64,000 bases of DNA from Acidobacteriota bacterium (GCA_963663035.1 OY760074.1:1280001-1344000), one strand, 5' to 3'; positions 18,816 through 28,260 are shown, counted from the stretch's first letter. A program made the numbers and translations. Notes: a model not told the origin generated them from the letters alone.

Positions 18816-20015
18816 TCAGTTGTTAGCGTCTAGGTAAAGAGCTGTGAATTTCCCGTCCTGAATCTCCAGTGCCGAGGCCTTGCCCCCCTTGTAAAAGCTT
18901 GAGAGCATCCCGCTATCGATCAGAAAGAGTTTTTCCTCAAACCGTGCCTGGATGTGCCCGGGGAGCTGCGGCGTGTGTCCCACCACGAAATGCTTGGCAT
19001 CATAGGCTTCCAGCAGCCGTGCCAGGTGCCTTGCGCCCTCCTCTGTTGACCACTCGGCAAATCCGCGAAACCACAGGGGCCCATCCGGATGTGTGCTGAG
19101 CCAGCTGCCGAGGGTCAGAAACTCTTTCAGGATCGTGACCTGCTCTGGCTCGGGTCGGCCCTCTTTCCTTGCCCGCTCCTCTTGTCGCTCAACTTCTGCC
19201 TGGGCTGTTGAGGTGATCTCATTCAAGTCAAAGAAGGACAGAATCAGCTTTTCTTTCACCATGTACTCGGTATAGTTGTCAAACGCCTCAATCTCCGCTT
19301 GGATTCGCTGGTTGATCTCCTTCAATTTCAAGGAGGCAAGATTGGGATGGATGCCGCCATGAAGGAAAATGGTATCGGCTACCTGCACGACTGCCGGCCG
19401 CTCCCGCAGCCAACGGCCATACTTCCCTTTGGGCTCCATGGCCTTCCGGTATTCCAGAAAGCCGGGCGGGTGGGCCTGCATCCATTGCCTTTCAGACTCT
19501 GAAGTGATCTGGCTTGGCTCGTCCAGGGCCTCGGCCCGCCGTTTGAGTAGTTTCACGTAGTCCTGATAGGCCTCCTGGCGGCGTTTCTCCGACTTTTCGT
19601 CTGCGAAACTGAGATAGGTTTCTGGTGCAACATAGCGCATGTCTCCCTGGAGAATTATCATTTCATGGTTACCCAGCAAAACGATGACCTCTCCGTCACT
19701 TTTGGGCGCCTCCTTTTCCAGTGCCATCAACAGATCCATGACTTGGCGATCTTTGGGTCCACGATCAAGCATGTCCCCCGTCTGCACCAGGGTTGTATCC
19801 CCACCCGTCCAATGGTGCTGGTGGTCAATGATCTCCAATTCCTGAAGAATCGCCACCAGGGAATCGAAGTCACCATGAATGTCGCCCACGGCCAGCAGAC
19901 GGGCTGAAGCGTTTGCTCCCATGGCCGGGGGCAGCAGCAAGACAGCCGAGAGTGCGACCAGCAGGCCTAAGCCAGCGAGTTTTCCGTAAATACGATTGAA
20001 ACGCGTGCCCATCAT
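18816..20015 (-). CDS. Secreted calcineurin-like (PPP/Shewanella-like) metallophosphoesterase
   Basis: Signal peptide; GDIHG, GDMLDRG, GNHE, HGG, PLWFRG, VVGHT, IDSG. Confidence 0.88.
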   Translation of the reverse strand: MMGTRFNRIYGKLAGLGLLVALSAVLLLPPAMGANASARLLAVGDIHGDFDSLVAILQELEIIDHQHHWTGGDTTLVQTGDMLDRGPKDRQVMDLLMALEKEAPKSDGEVIVLLGNHEMIILQGDMRYVAPETYLSFADEKSEKRRQEAYQDYVKLLKRRAEALDEPSQITSESERQWMQAHPPGFLEYRKAMEPKGKYGRWLRERPAVVQVADTIFLHGGIHPNLASLKLKEINQRIQAEIEAFDNYTEYMVKEKLILSFFDLNEITSTAQAEVERQEERARKEGRPEPEQVTILKEFLTLGSWLSTHPDGPLWFRGFAEWSTEEGARHLARLLEAYDAKHFVVGHTPQLPGHIQARFEEKLFLIDSGMLSSFYKGGKASALEIQDGKFTALYLDANN

Positions 20016-20081
20016 CGATCTGCTTTCATTCTATCCCAGAAGGAGAGTTTGGAGGGAGAGTTCGGAGGGAGAGCTCGGGGC

Positions 20082-20978
20082 CTATCTCATCGTGTAGAGC
20101 ACTCCGCCTTCGCCGTTTTCGTCGATGAGTTTCTGGATGTGCTCCACCAGCAGGCGCCTTCGCTCCAGCAGGCCACTGAGTTCATAAGGGCGCACATAGT
20201 CCTCGAGTCGCTCCCGGACAAGAGCTTCATCCAGCGTCTGCAGTTTTTCCCACAGCTTCCGATCGACAAAGGTGATCAGCTCCGGATTCTGCAGCTGCTT
20301 CCAGCGCCGAAAGGTTCGACCGTGATCGACCATCCAGATCTTCCAGTCAGAGTCGATCAGAAGGTTGCCTATATTTCGGTCCTCGTTGTAGATGAGATTG
20401 TCGAAAAGATACAAGGTTTGAGTTCGCATCAGCCAACGCCATCGCTGGAGGCCCTCGCTGGGCACCTCAACATTCTCCTTTATGAGGTCCCCTTGCATCC
20501 TGGTGTTCTCAACCCAGATTTGTACCGTGCCCCTGCTGCCCTGGACCCTACGTGCCACGGCGGGGGGGACCGTGTCCATGCCCAGCAGCTTGGCCAGTTC
20601 ATAGGCCGCGCACTCGAAATCAGCGTCATCGCGGAAGAAATATTTGGTCGTGCCGTCAGCCAGTTTCTTCTCGGGGCTTTCTTCATGATTGTCACGAAAG
20701 ATGGCGTGCATCTGGACCCCATCCTTCTCCAGCAAGAGTTGGTAGAAGCTGTTGATTCCCTCTCCGATGCGTCTTCGCGAGACGACCTCGCCTGTTCGCA
20801 AGAACTCCTCGATTTCTTCATTGCTCTGAAAGGGCAGCGGTTGTAGGTCAGCATCCAGCCACACGCTCGAGCTGGCCGTCTGGGCCGGGCTGAGTGATAC
20901 TGCCGAGAGTCCAACCAGCAGCCCGATGACGCAAAGTCCCATGGAGTTTCGAGGAATAAGGTTGAAGAGTTTGGACAT
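20082..20978 (-). CDS. Secreted atypical kinase (PI3/4K-, Fam20-, HipA-like fold)
   Basis: Signal peptide; GEGIN loop, AIFR, ECAAYELAKLLG..VPPAVAR, FDNLIYNEDRNIGN, MVDHGRTF. Confidence 0.7.
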   Translation of the reverse strand: MSKLFNLIPRNSMGLCVIGLLVGLSAVSLSPAQTASSSVWLDADLQPLPFQSNEEIEEFLRTGEVVSRRRIGEGINSFYQLLLEKDGVQMHAIFRDNHEESPEKKLADGTTKYFFRDDADFECAAYELAKLLGMDTVPPAVARRVQGSRGTVQIWVENTRMQGDLIKENVEVPSEGLQRWRWLMRTQTLYLFDNLIYNEDRNIGNLLIDSDWKIWMVDHGRTFRRWKQLQNPELITFVDRKLWEKLQTLDEALVRERLEDYVRPYELSGLLERRRLLVEHIQKLIDENGEGGVLYTMR

Positions 20979-21086
20979 ATTCGCCCTCCAGATTTATTCT
21001 AATGCTACGACTTTGAGAGTTCAAAGGCAATAGAAAGTCTGCCAGATGGCCTCAGCGCTGCTCTTCCCTCGACCCTCGGTTCTTTT

Positions 21087-24000
21087 TTGGATATGATCCC
21101 GCCCAACAGGGCAACTCAAAAGGGAGGTGAAACCCTGAATCGCTTACTACGGCTTTTCTCCGTACGCTCCCAGGAAGCGCTCCCGGCACTGCTCATGGCT
21201 GTGTACTTCTTCCTGGCTATGGCCTGTGTCAGTATGGTGAAATCCCTACAGATTGCCCTCTATTTGAGCCGGGTGGGCTTTGATTGGCGGCTGCCCTCTC
21301 TGTACACAGTTCTGGTTCTACTCTCCGGTCTGATTGTTCTCCTTTACCGTTACCTGGCTCGCCAATACTCTCATTTGGGCATAGCCCTCAGCACCCTTGT
21401 CTTCTTCATCCTCAGCCTCGTATTTTTTTGGTTCCTGGTGGGAAGGGAGCAATTGTGGGTCTACCTTACCTTTTATATCTGGGGAGGCCTCTTCAGCTTA
21501 CTACTCCCCACCCTGGGTTGGGTGATTGCGCTCGATCTTTACAATACACGAGAGGCCAAACGTCTTTTTGCCCTGTTTGGAACAGGGGGGATTCTAGGCG
21601 GCGCCTGCGGCGGCTATTACATCGCCCTGGTCTCGGGGACGCTCGATGCCAGGTGGCTGTTCATACACGTCCTTGTTACCTTGTTTATTTTGCAAGGAGT
21701 ACTGCTGGCAATCTATCGCGTTAAAGGCAGCCGCTTGCTGCTCAGGCACCCAACCCCCTCCGAGACTCTTCCCTCGCCGACTACCGCCTCTGCCCTGCGC
21801 GACCTCCTGGCATCGCCCTATCTGACCTATCTGGCCGGGATTGTCCTGGTCTCTGCCTTTACCACCACCCTGATTGACTTGCAATATCAGTGGTTCTTAG
21901 AACGACGATACCCGGGTTCGGAGGAACAAATCACCTGGTTTGTGGGGACACTGCTGGGGACCATGTACGTGTTCTCAGCACTTTTTCAGTTGTTTGCCAC
22001 TCGTTCCGTCCTGCGCAATTTTGGTGTTGGTGTGGCCCTGCTGGTCCTTCCTCTGGCCCTTCTGGGCGGGTCAGCGAGTATTGTCATTCTTGCCGGCTTT
22101 GGGGCCGTCGTGACTTTCAAAGGCATCGATGGATTTCTCCGCCCTTCCATCCATCGGACCGGCCTGGAGGTGCTTTATGTACCCATCTCAAGTCCTCAAA
22201 CCGTAACCCTGAAGAGCTTCATTGATCTGGCCGTCTTCCGTTTCGGCGATGCTCTGGGAGCAGCTTTTTTTCTGGCAGCTACCAGTCTGTTTGTCACTCC
22301 GGTGGCAGCCATTCAGACCACAATTCTGCTGGCAGCTCTTGGCTGGGCCTTCCTGGCCCTCCAGCTGGGGAGGCAGTATGTGGAAAGCCTGCGCCAAAGC
22401 CTGGAGGGCAAGTCAGCCCGGCGCCTGCCGCCCTCCCTTTTGTTGGAAGGGGCCGGGGCTCAGATTGCTCTATTAGAGGCACTGGAGAGCCTCAACCCCA
22501 ACAAGGTTCACTTCGCCCTGGAACAACTCGCGGCGGTCAATCCGAGCAGTGAAGAGGGCACAACAACAGAGCTTCCCGTTCATGGGGAAGAGCTTTTGCA
22601 GTCTCAGGTGCCCAGCCTTTACCCGGTCAGTCAGGGATGGTTAGAAACAGTGGAACCCCTGGTCAATCATGTGGATTCCCGAGTGGGCGCTGCTGCTTTT
22701 CACGTGTTAGTGCGTCAGGATCCCACCAAATATTTGGAACGTCTGAAGGAGAAGCTGGAGTCCAAAGGGGTGCCTGAAACAGTGTATTTGCACTACCTGG
22801 ACCTCTATAGCGAGGACCCCGCCAGTTTTATCACGCCTTCTCAGCTGTTGCAGTGGAGCCGGGATGAGCGAGCGGACATGGTTTCTATCCTGGCTCGTTT
22901 GATGGGGAAGATCAAAAGCCCCGCTTTTCTCCCTGTCCTCAGGACGTGGATGAGCGGACTGCCCGGGGAACCGGCACGAGCCGCCATTGAAGCCATCGGG
23001 CAATATGCAGAGCCGCGCCTTCTGGACGCTCTCATCAGTCTTCTGGAACCCAACTGGAGTCGTCCGGCGGCATGTCGGGCCCTCATTCATTATGGCGATG
23101 CGGCCGTTTCACGTCTCCGAGAGCTGCTTCGATACCCGGCAGTTGGACCTTTCATTGCACGGCAAATTCCCTTCATTCTCACCCGCATCAACTCATCATC
23201 CTCACGAGCAGGACTTGTGACAGCCCTTTATTCAGCTGATCCCGCGGTCTCCTACAGTGCCCTCAAGGGTCTGAACAAAATTCGAGACTCCCAGGATCTT
23301 TCCTATACCCAGGGTTCCTTTATGCCGCTGCTGCAAATATGGGCCAAACAGTACTATGAACTGGTGAATATTGAATCTATGGTAAGCAAGAGAGAGGGAA
23401 ACGTCTGGGAACTGCTCCGTAAAACGAACGGTGAGCGAATGGACTGGACAATTGAAAAGATCTTTCGAGGCTTGGAGCTGTTCCTGCCCCGCGGAGATGC
23501 CTATTTTTCCTATCTGGGATACACCAGCAGCAAGCAGGAACTTCGGGAAAACGCCATCGAGCTGATCGATGCCAGGATCAAAGGTGAACTCAGACAGACC
23601 TTACTTCCCATCTTCAGCGGGGACAGTCGGCACGAGCTGGCCCGCACAGGACGTCGGCTGTTTCATCTTCCCTCTGATCGGGACGGAATCGCTCTGGATG
23701 CACTCTCGGACGTGGACTCCTGGCTGCGATGCTGTGTCATGGCCGCCCTGAGAGAGCAGCCCAGCCCGATCCTTGAAAAAGCTGTGCGGATGGCTTGCCA
23801 AGACGTTGATTCTGTGGTTCAAGAGACCGCCCAATGGGTCTTGACAAGCATGGCAACAGCTCCTGCGATACATGATGAGAGGAGATCTATTATGCTGACA
23901 ACAATTGAAAAAGTCCTTCTTCTGCAAGAGGTGGAGCTTTTCAGTTCCGCTTCAACAGATCACCTGGCCCAATTGGCCCAACTCTGTCAGGAAAAGCTGT

Positions 24001-24317
24001 ACAAGGCGGGCGAGAGTTTGTTTCAGAAGGGAGAGCCCCATTCAAAGTTCTTTCTTCTAGTCGAAGGTTCTGTGAGCCTGGATGACCAGGAAAATGAAGA
24101 AACAGTGGGAAAATGCGCGCTGGATTTCTGGTCCTGGGTGGGCCAGACTCCGCACGAGGTGAGCGCCAAATGTGTGGACGATTGTACTGTCTTGCTGCTC
24201 CCCTTTCAGGACCTGGTTGACCTTTTGTGCGGCGAACCGGGTCTGAGCTGGGCGATTCTCCAGTATCTCGCCAAGGCAGGTCGGGTCATGGCCCCAAACT
24301 TTCCTACCGTTGCATAA
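21087..24317 (+). CDS. NTT-family transporter fused to HEAT repeats and a C-terminal cNMP-binding domain
   Basis: N-terminal TM region with REAKRLF and KSFIDLAVFRFGDALG; helical HEAT-like middle; MLTTIEKVLLLQEVELF..LFQKGE cNMP-like domain. Confidence 0.82.
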   Translation: MDMIPPNRATQKGGETLNRLLRLFSVRSQEALPALLMAVYFFLAMACVSMVKSLQIALYLSRVGFDWRLPSLYTVLVLLSGLIVLLYRYLARQYSHLGIALSTLVFFILSLVFFWFLVGREQLWVYLTFYIWGGLFSLLLPTLGWVIALDLYNTREAKRLFALFGTGGILGGACGGYYIALVSGTLDARWLFIHVLVTLFILQGVLLAIYRVKGSRLLLRHPTPSETLPSPTTASALRDLLASPYLTYLAGIVLVSAFTTTLIDLQYQWFLERRYPGSEEQITWFVGTLLGTMYVFSALFQLFATRSVLRNFGVGVALLVLPLALLGGSASIVILAGFGAVVTFKGIDGFLRPSIHRTGLEVLYVPISSPQTVTLKSFIDLAVFRFGDALGAAFFLAATSLFVTPVAAIQTTILLAALGWAFLALQLGRQYVESLRQSLEGKSARRLPPSLLLEGAGAQIALLEALESLNPNKVHFALEQLAAVNPSSEEGTTTELPVHGEELLQSQVPSLYPVSQGWLETVEPLVNHVDSRVGAAAFHVLVRQDPTKYLERLKEKLESKGVPETVYLHYLDLYSEDPASFITPSQLLQWSRDERADMVSILARLMGKIKSPAFLPVLRTWMSGLPGEPARAAIEAIGQYAEPRLLDALISLLEPNWSRPAACRALIHYGDAAVSRLRELLRYPAVGPFIARQIPFILTRINSSSSRAGLVTALYSADPAVSYSALKGLNKIRDSQDLSYTQGSFMPLLQIWAKQYYELVNIESMVSKREGNVWELLRKTNGERMDWTIEKIFRGLELFLPRGDAYFSYLGYTSSKQELRENAIELIDARIKGELRQTLLPIFSGDSRHELARTGRRLFHLPSDRDGIALDALSDVDSWLRCCVMAALREQPSPILEKAVRMACQDVDSVVQETAQWVLTSMATAPAIHDERRSIMLTTIEKVLLLQEVELFSSASTDHLAQLAQLCQEKLYKAGESLFQKGEPHSKFFLLVEGSVSLDDQENEETVGKCALDFWSWVGQTPHEVSAKCVDDCTVLLLPFQDLVDLLCGEPGLSWAILQYLAKAGRVMAPNFPTVA

Positions 24318-24341
24318 TCCCAGCTTGTGTATAATGAACCC

Positions 24342-24545
24342 ATGCCGATCTTCGAGTACCGGTGTAGCGATTGCAAAACCAACTTTGAGAAGATTGTGTT
24401 GAGCAGCTCAGCTTCCAGCGAGTGTCCCAACTGTAACAGCACCCGAATCGAGCAACTGCTTTCAACCTTCGCGGTTGGTGGAAGATCCACCTCCACGACA
24501 TCGGTTTCTCATGAACGTGCCTGTGGCCGCGGAAGCTTCACCTGA
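24342..24545 (+). CDS. FmdB-family zinc-ribbon protein (may read through UGA to 24554)
   Basis: MPIFEYRCSDC...CPNCNS..LLSTF; TATAAT at 24330-24335 just before the ATG suggests a leaderless mRNA. Confidence 0.88.
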   Translation: MPIFEYRCSDCKTNFEKIVLSSSASSECPNCNSTRIEQLLSTFAVGGRSTSTTSVSHERACGRGSFT

Positions 24546-24583
24546 GCGGCCTAGTTCTGGCAGAGCCGGTGGCTCTGAATCTA
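24546..24583 (+). promoter_or_regulatory. Candidate bacterial SECIS hairpin
   Basis: CAGAGCC-GGT-GGCTCTG stem-loop; loop starts 22 nt after the UGA; no U tract follows. Confidence 0.5.
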
Positions 24584-24612
24584 TAGTCCGAACTCTGTTA
24601 CACTCCCACCTC

Positions 24613-24763
24613 TAGCCGGGATTATGCATAAATTTTCTACTGCAGTGCCGCAATCATCCACGCTGACTGCGTTGTGCGACCCGCAAGCGGGTACCCCTCG
24701 CACGCCTTGTCATCGCGGCGCCAGCGGCACTTCGTTACGAAAATCTATGCATAACCCCGGCTA
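24613..24763 (+). mobile_element. MITE-like repeat, subfamily A
   Basis: TIR TAGCCGGGATTATGCATA ... TATGCATAACCCCGGCTA; TA at both ends. Confidence 0.85.
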
Positions 24764-24803
24764 AGTTCCCATTTCGCGTACATGGCACAGGAGCAGAATT
24801 ATA

Positions 24804-25061
24804 ATGATGAGCAGTATTTTTTTGATCGACATCCTCGGCTGGATCGGTGCGGGAGGACTTCTGATAGCCTATGCACTTGTCTCAGCCAAAAGGGTAGAAG
24901 GCGACTCAACTGGCTACCAGCTCCTGAATACAGTAGGGAGTATCTTTCTCATGATCAACACGATCCACTACGGAGCCTACCCGTCTGCTCTCTTGAATTT
25001 GTTTTGGCTGGGGGTGGCAATCTATGCCATGAGAAAAGCAATATTTCGACGAGCAGCTTAG
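24804..25061 (+). CDS. Small membrane protein, CBU_0592-like
   Basis: GWIG..L.AY.L, YQLLN.VG, AYPS..LN..W; about 3 TM helices. Confidence 0.7.
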   Translation: MMSSIFLIDILGWIGAGGLLIAYALVSAKRVEGDSTGYQLLNTVGSIFLMINTIHYGAYPSALLNLFWLGVAIYAMRKAIFRRAA

Positions 25062-26431
25062 GGCCAGATCCCTCGCTCCAGGGTCACCCGGGCCACTCGC
25101 TCAATCGCCAGCACGTAGGCGGCTGTGCGTAGATCTACGGGTACGAGAGGTTCACCAGCCGGATCTCGTTCCTTTCGCTGGCTTTCCAGAGCGTCTAACG
25201 ATCCGTTGATCTCCCGCTGCTTTTCGAGCACCCCTTCGGTCGCCCGTGTCATCTTCACCTGCAACTTGCCATTCACCTCGTCAAGATCCCACTTTTCATT
25301 CTTGTTGTTTTGGACCCACTCGTAATAACTGACCGTGACTCCTCCTGCGTTGGCGAGTATGTCTGGAAGCACGGGCACTCCCATCTCGAACAGAATACGG
25401 TCGGCTGCTGGCGTCGTGGGACCGTTGGCTGCTTCTGCTATGAAGCGGGCCCGCATCTGAGAAGCGTTATCCTGGCGAATCTGATTCTCTAGTGCCGCCG
25501 GAATGAGGATGTCGCAGGGGAGCGTCAAGAGCTCTTCATTACTCACACCGCTGGTGTTTGGGAGATCCACGACTGAGCCTGTGCGCTTCTTGTGTTCAAG
25601 GACTGCGGCCGTATCCAGTCCCTTTGGCTGATGGATTCCACCTCGTGAGTCGCTCACTCCGATGATACAAGCACCCGCCTCCTCAAACAGTTCGGCAGCA
25701 ATGGCGCCCGCATTGCCAAACCCCTGCACCACAACGGTAGCGCCTTTGACCTTCTCCAGGCCCGGAACGACACCCTGGAGCAGGGCATGTTGAGTGGCAA
25801 ACAAGCAGCCGCGTGAGGTGGCCTCGTGACGGCCCAGAGATCCACCCAGGTCCACGGGTTTGCCAGTGACCACTCCCAGATTGTTCTGGCCCAGGTGCAT
25901 CATATGGTAGGTATCGTAGATCCAAGCCATGGTCTCGGCGTTGGTGTTGACGTCGGGAGCCAGGATGTCTTTGTGAGGTCCGATATTTTCGCCCAGCTCG
26001 ACAATGAAGCGCCGCGTGATCTTCTCCAAGTCACTGGTGGTGAGTGTTTTGGGGTCACAAACCAAGCCTCCTTTGGCACCGCCAAAGGGCAGGTCTAATA
26101 CTCCGCACTTCCAGGTCATCCAGGAGGCCAGGGCCCGCACCTCATCTGCAGTGACATCCGGGTGGTAGCGGACCCCTCCTTTGCCGGGTCCTCGACCCTG
26201 GTTGTGCACGGCTCGATATCCCACAAAGTTCTTAACTACGTGGTCTTCAGTCTCAATGGGAAACTCGACCGTGACCAGCCTATCCGACCTCTTCAGGAAC
26301 CTCCCCAGACCGGCCTCCAGCGTGGGAATGTAGCGGGCAGCCCAGTCAAACTGTTGCTGGGCGATGTTGTACGGGTTCAGATCCTCTTTGCCTTTCGGGT
26401 TTTGAGCTTCTAATCTTGCAGGTTGTATCAT
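25058..26431 (-). CDS. gdhA: Glu/Leu/Phe/Val (glutamate) dehydrogenase
   Basis: GPGKGGVRY, MTWKC, GGAKGG, APDVNT, QGFGNAG, EAANGP, NAGGVTVSYYEW; AGGAG RBS before ATG at 26431. Confidence 0.9.
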   Translation of the reverse strand: MIQPARLEAQNPKGKEDLNPYNIAQQQFDWAARYIPTLEAGLGRFLKRSDRLVTVEFPIETEDHVVKNFVGYRAVHNQGRGPGKGGVRYHPDVTADEVRALASWMTWKCGVLDLPFGGAKGGLVCDPKTLTTSDLEKITRRFIVELGENIGPHKDILAPDVNTNAETMAWIYDTYHMMHLGQNNLGVVTGKPVDLGGSLGRHEATSRGCLFATQHALLQGVVPGLEKVKGATVVVQGFGNAGAIAAELFEEAGACIIGVSDSRGGIHQPKGLDTAAVLEHKKRTGSVVDLPNTSGVSNEELLTLPCDILIPAALENQIRQDNASQMRARFIAEAANGPTTPAADRILFEMGVPVLPDILANAGGVTVSYYEWVQNNKNEKWDLDEVNGKLQVKMTRATEGVLEKQREINGSLDALESQRKERDPAGEPLVPVDLRTAAYVLAIERVARVTLERGIWP

Positions 26432-26511
26432 TTCACTCCTCTCAAACAGTCTACCAACAAACGGGAGACTGTGAGGTCTGTCTGCCCATGAGCAACCCCT
26501 TTTCTTAAAGA

Positions 26512-26528
26512 TGCACTCTTTGGGTGCA
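26512..26528. promoter_or_regulatory. NtrC-like palindrome TGCAC-N7-GTGCA upstream of gdh
   Basis: TGCACTCTTTGGGTGCA, about 80 bp upstream of the start codon. Confidence 0.4.
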
Positions 26529-26633
26529 AGATGCTCAAAGTCTTGTCCAAGGCCTGCGACTCCACAAGGATTCACAGTGTTTCCACACTTTTTGTGGAAA
26601 GTGACTCTTTTTTTGGATAACCTCGTACCAGAA

Positions 26634-26891
26634 ATGAAGGTGATTGCCGAGCAAACCCTGAAAGACACAGTTCTCCAGATGGACGACCATCACTTTGAAG
26701 ACTGTACCATCACACAATGTATTCTCGTGTTTAGTGGAGGAGACTTCAGTTGGACCAACTGTAAGTTCGTGAATTGCCAGATTCGGTTTGTTGGAGCAGC
26801 CGGGAAAACCCTCAACTTCTTGAAGCACTTCGGGATGGTGCCACAAGCTCCCAAGAGAGCGGAGACGGTTGGCTCAAGCTCGGTACATTGA
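26634..26891 (+). CDS. Small hypothetical protein (short beta-helix-like F..C.I repeats)
   Basis: FEDCTITQC, WTNCKFVNC pattern. Confidence 0.6.
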   Translation: MKVIAEQTLKDTVLQMDDHHFEDCTITQCILVFSGGDFSWTNCKFVNCQIRFVGAAGKTLNFLKHFGMVPQAPKRAETVGSSSVH

Positions 26892-26895
26892 GGGC

Positions 26896-27216
26896 CTAGG
26901 ACCCATCACATGCGTAGATCTCACCGTCCTTGATTATCTTTCCGCTGTTGTTCGTAACGGTGACTTCAAGACAACGGCCTTCTTCCAGGTGAAGCGTCAG
27001 TTGCTTTCCAACCAACAGCGCTAAACTGTAGTGATCTTCAGGTGAAAGAGTACCCGCAAACTCCGTTAAACCTGTGATCTTTTCCTCACCGTCCGTGATA
27101 ACGATCTCCTGAAAGAACTTTAAGAGGTAGGGAACATCCAGGAGCTTCTCATCTCCTTTGACCAGAGATCCCTGGCCACTGAGTTCATACAGCAATTTCC
27201 GAATTCGTCTTCCCAT
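26896..27216 (-). CDS. Hypothetical protein
   Basis: 106-aa ORF filling the intergenic space; protein-like composition. Confidence 0.55.
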   Translation of the reverse strand: MGRRIRKLLYELSGQGSLVKGDEKLLDVPYLLKFFQEIVITDGEEKITGLTEFAGTLSPEDHYSLALLVGKQLTLHLEEGRCLEVTVTNNSGKIIKDGEIYACDGS

Positions 27217-27286
27217 GAAGGGGAATTATATGCAGTTTCAGCGGAAAAACAAACTGCATTGGTAGAGGAGGAAAGTCGAAAGTTAC

Positions 27287-27488
27287 TAGCCCGCACTTCT
27301 CACACCCGCTCTGCTGCATCGGCGCAATGATCCGCCCTGCCTGTGTTGCACGACCCGCAAGCGGGTGCCCCTCGCACGCCAGTCGGAGCCGAGGGCTTTA
27401 GCCTGCGGGCCCGTGGGCTAAAGCCCTCGGCTCTGTTTTCCGGCCCTTCCGCCGCTTCGCGACGACCTAGTGTGAGAAATGCGGGCTA
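27287..27488 (+). mobile_element. MITE-like repeat, subfamily B
   Basis: TIR TAGCCCGCACTTCTCACAC ... GTGTGAGAAATGCGGGCTA; inverse-oriented homolog of 57346-57549. Confidence 0.85.
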
Positions 27489-28196
27489 ACTGTCGTGGAG
27501 GCAGCTGAGCAGGAAGAGCAGGAGTTGGTTCTGCTCTTCAGCTTCCAACTGCAGGAACTCCAGGGCAACTGCATTGAGGGATTCTCCGTCGCGTTCGACC
27601 GGTTCAGACCGAACCACCCATCCCACTGCATTCACCAGCTGTGAGGGGGGCAACCGAAGGTTCATCTCCAACCTGTCCCCTAAGGTCAAGGGAAGACTTG
27701 TCTCGAATTTCAAGCCACCCACGCTGATGTTTTGGGTCTTGGATTGAGGAACCTTTTCGCCCACGAGCTGGGCTTTAGCAGCATCAATGACCGTGAATGA
27801 GAAAGGGATCGGCACACGAACTCGAGCCGCTTTCCTGCGCTGGACGGATATCCCTTCGCGAGGTCTTGAGATCAACACTCGTTCATTAGCAGGGCCGGAG
27901 ACGGTGAGGATCTCGGAGTCAAAGTAGTAGACCGCCTCTTCCCAGTATTTGATCCGAACTCGGTCTCCTTTTCCAAAAGAGCGCTCCGAGGTGCATCTCA
28001 ACAGTTCGAGGCCGATCTGCTCTGCAGAGATCTCCGTGACCGTGGCCGCCAGTTCGGCGCTGGGTTTCAGCAGGGGGGAAACAGAGAGCTTCAACCCGAC
28101 AGTGAGGTAACGGTCAGGGCCTTCGATGGAAACCCGTGCGAAGCTCAACCCGGGATCACGTTTCGGTTTACGACTTTTTGGATTCACTATCATCAT
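27486..28196 (-). CDS. PilZ-domain c-di-GMP receptor (YcgR-like); start uncertain
   Basis: QRRKAAR (RxxxR) and NISVGG (D/NxSxxG). Confidence 0.85.
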   Translation of the reverse strand: MMIVNPKSRKPKRDPGLSFARVSIEGPDRYLTVGLKLSVSPLLKPSAELAATVTEISAEQIGLELLRCTSERSFGKGDRVRIKYWEEAVYYFDSEILTVSGPANERVLISRPREGISVQRRKAARVRVPIPFSFTVIDAAKAQLVGEKVPQSKTQNISVGGLKFETSLPLTLGDRLEMNLRLPPSQLVNAVGWVVRSEPVERDGESLNAVALEFLQLEAEEQNQLLLFLLSCLHDS

Positions 28197-28260
28197 ACTA
28201 TTCTATTGAGGGGACATATAATGACGAGGTGACCTCCATCACTGACAGCACAATCCACCC

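Noticed and set aside
26432-26668. N-terminal extension of gdh
   Set aside because: It overlaps the opposite-strand gene, and a good RBS precedes 26431.
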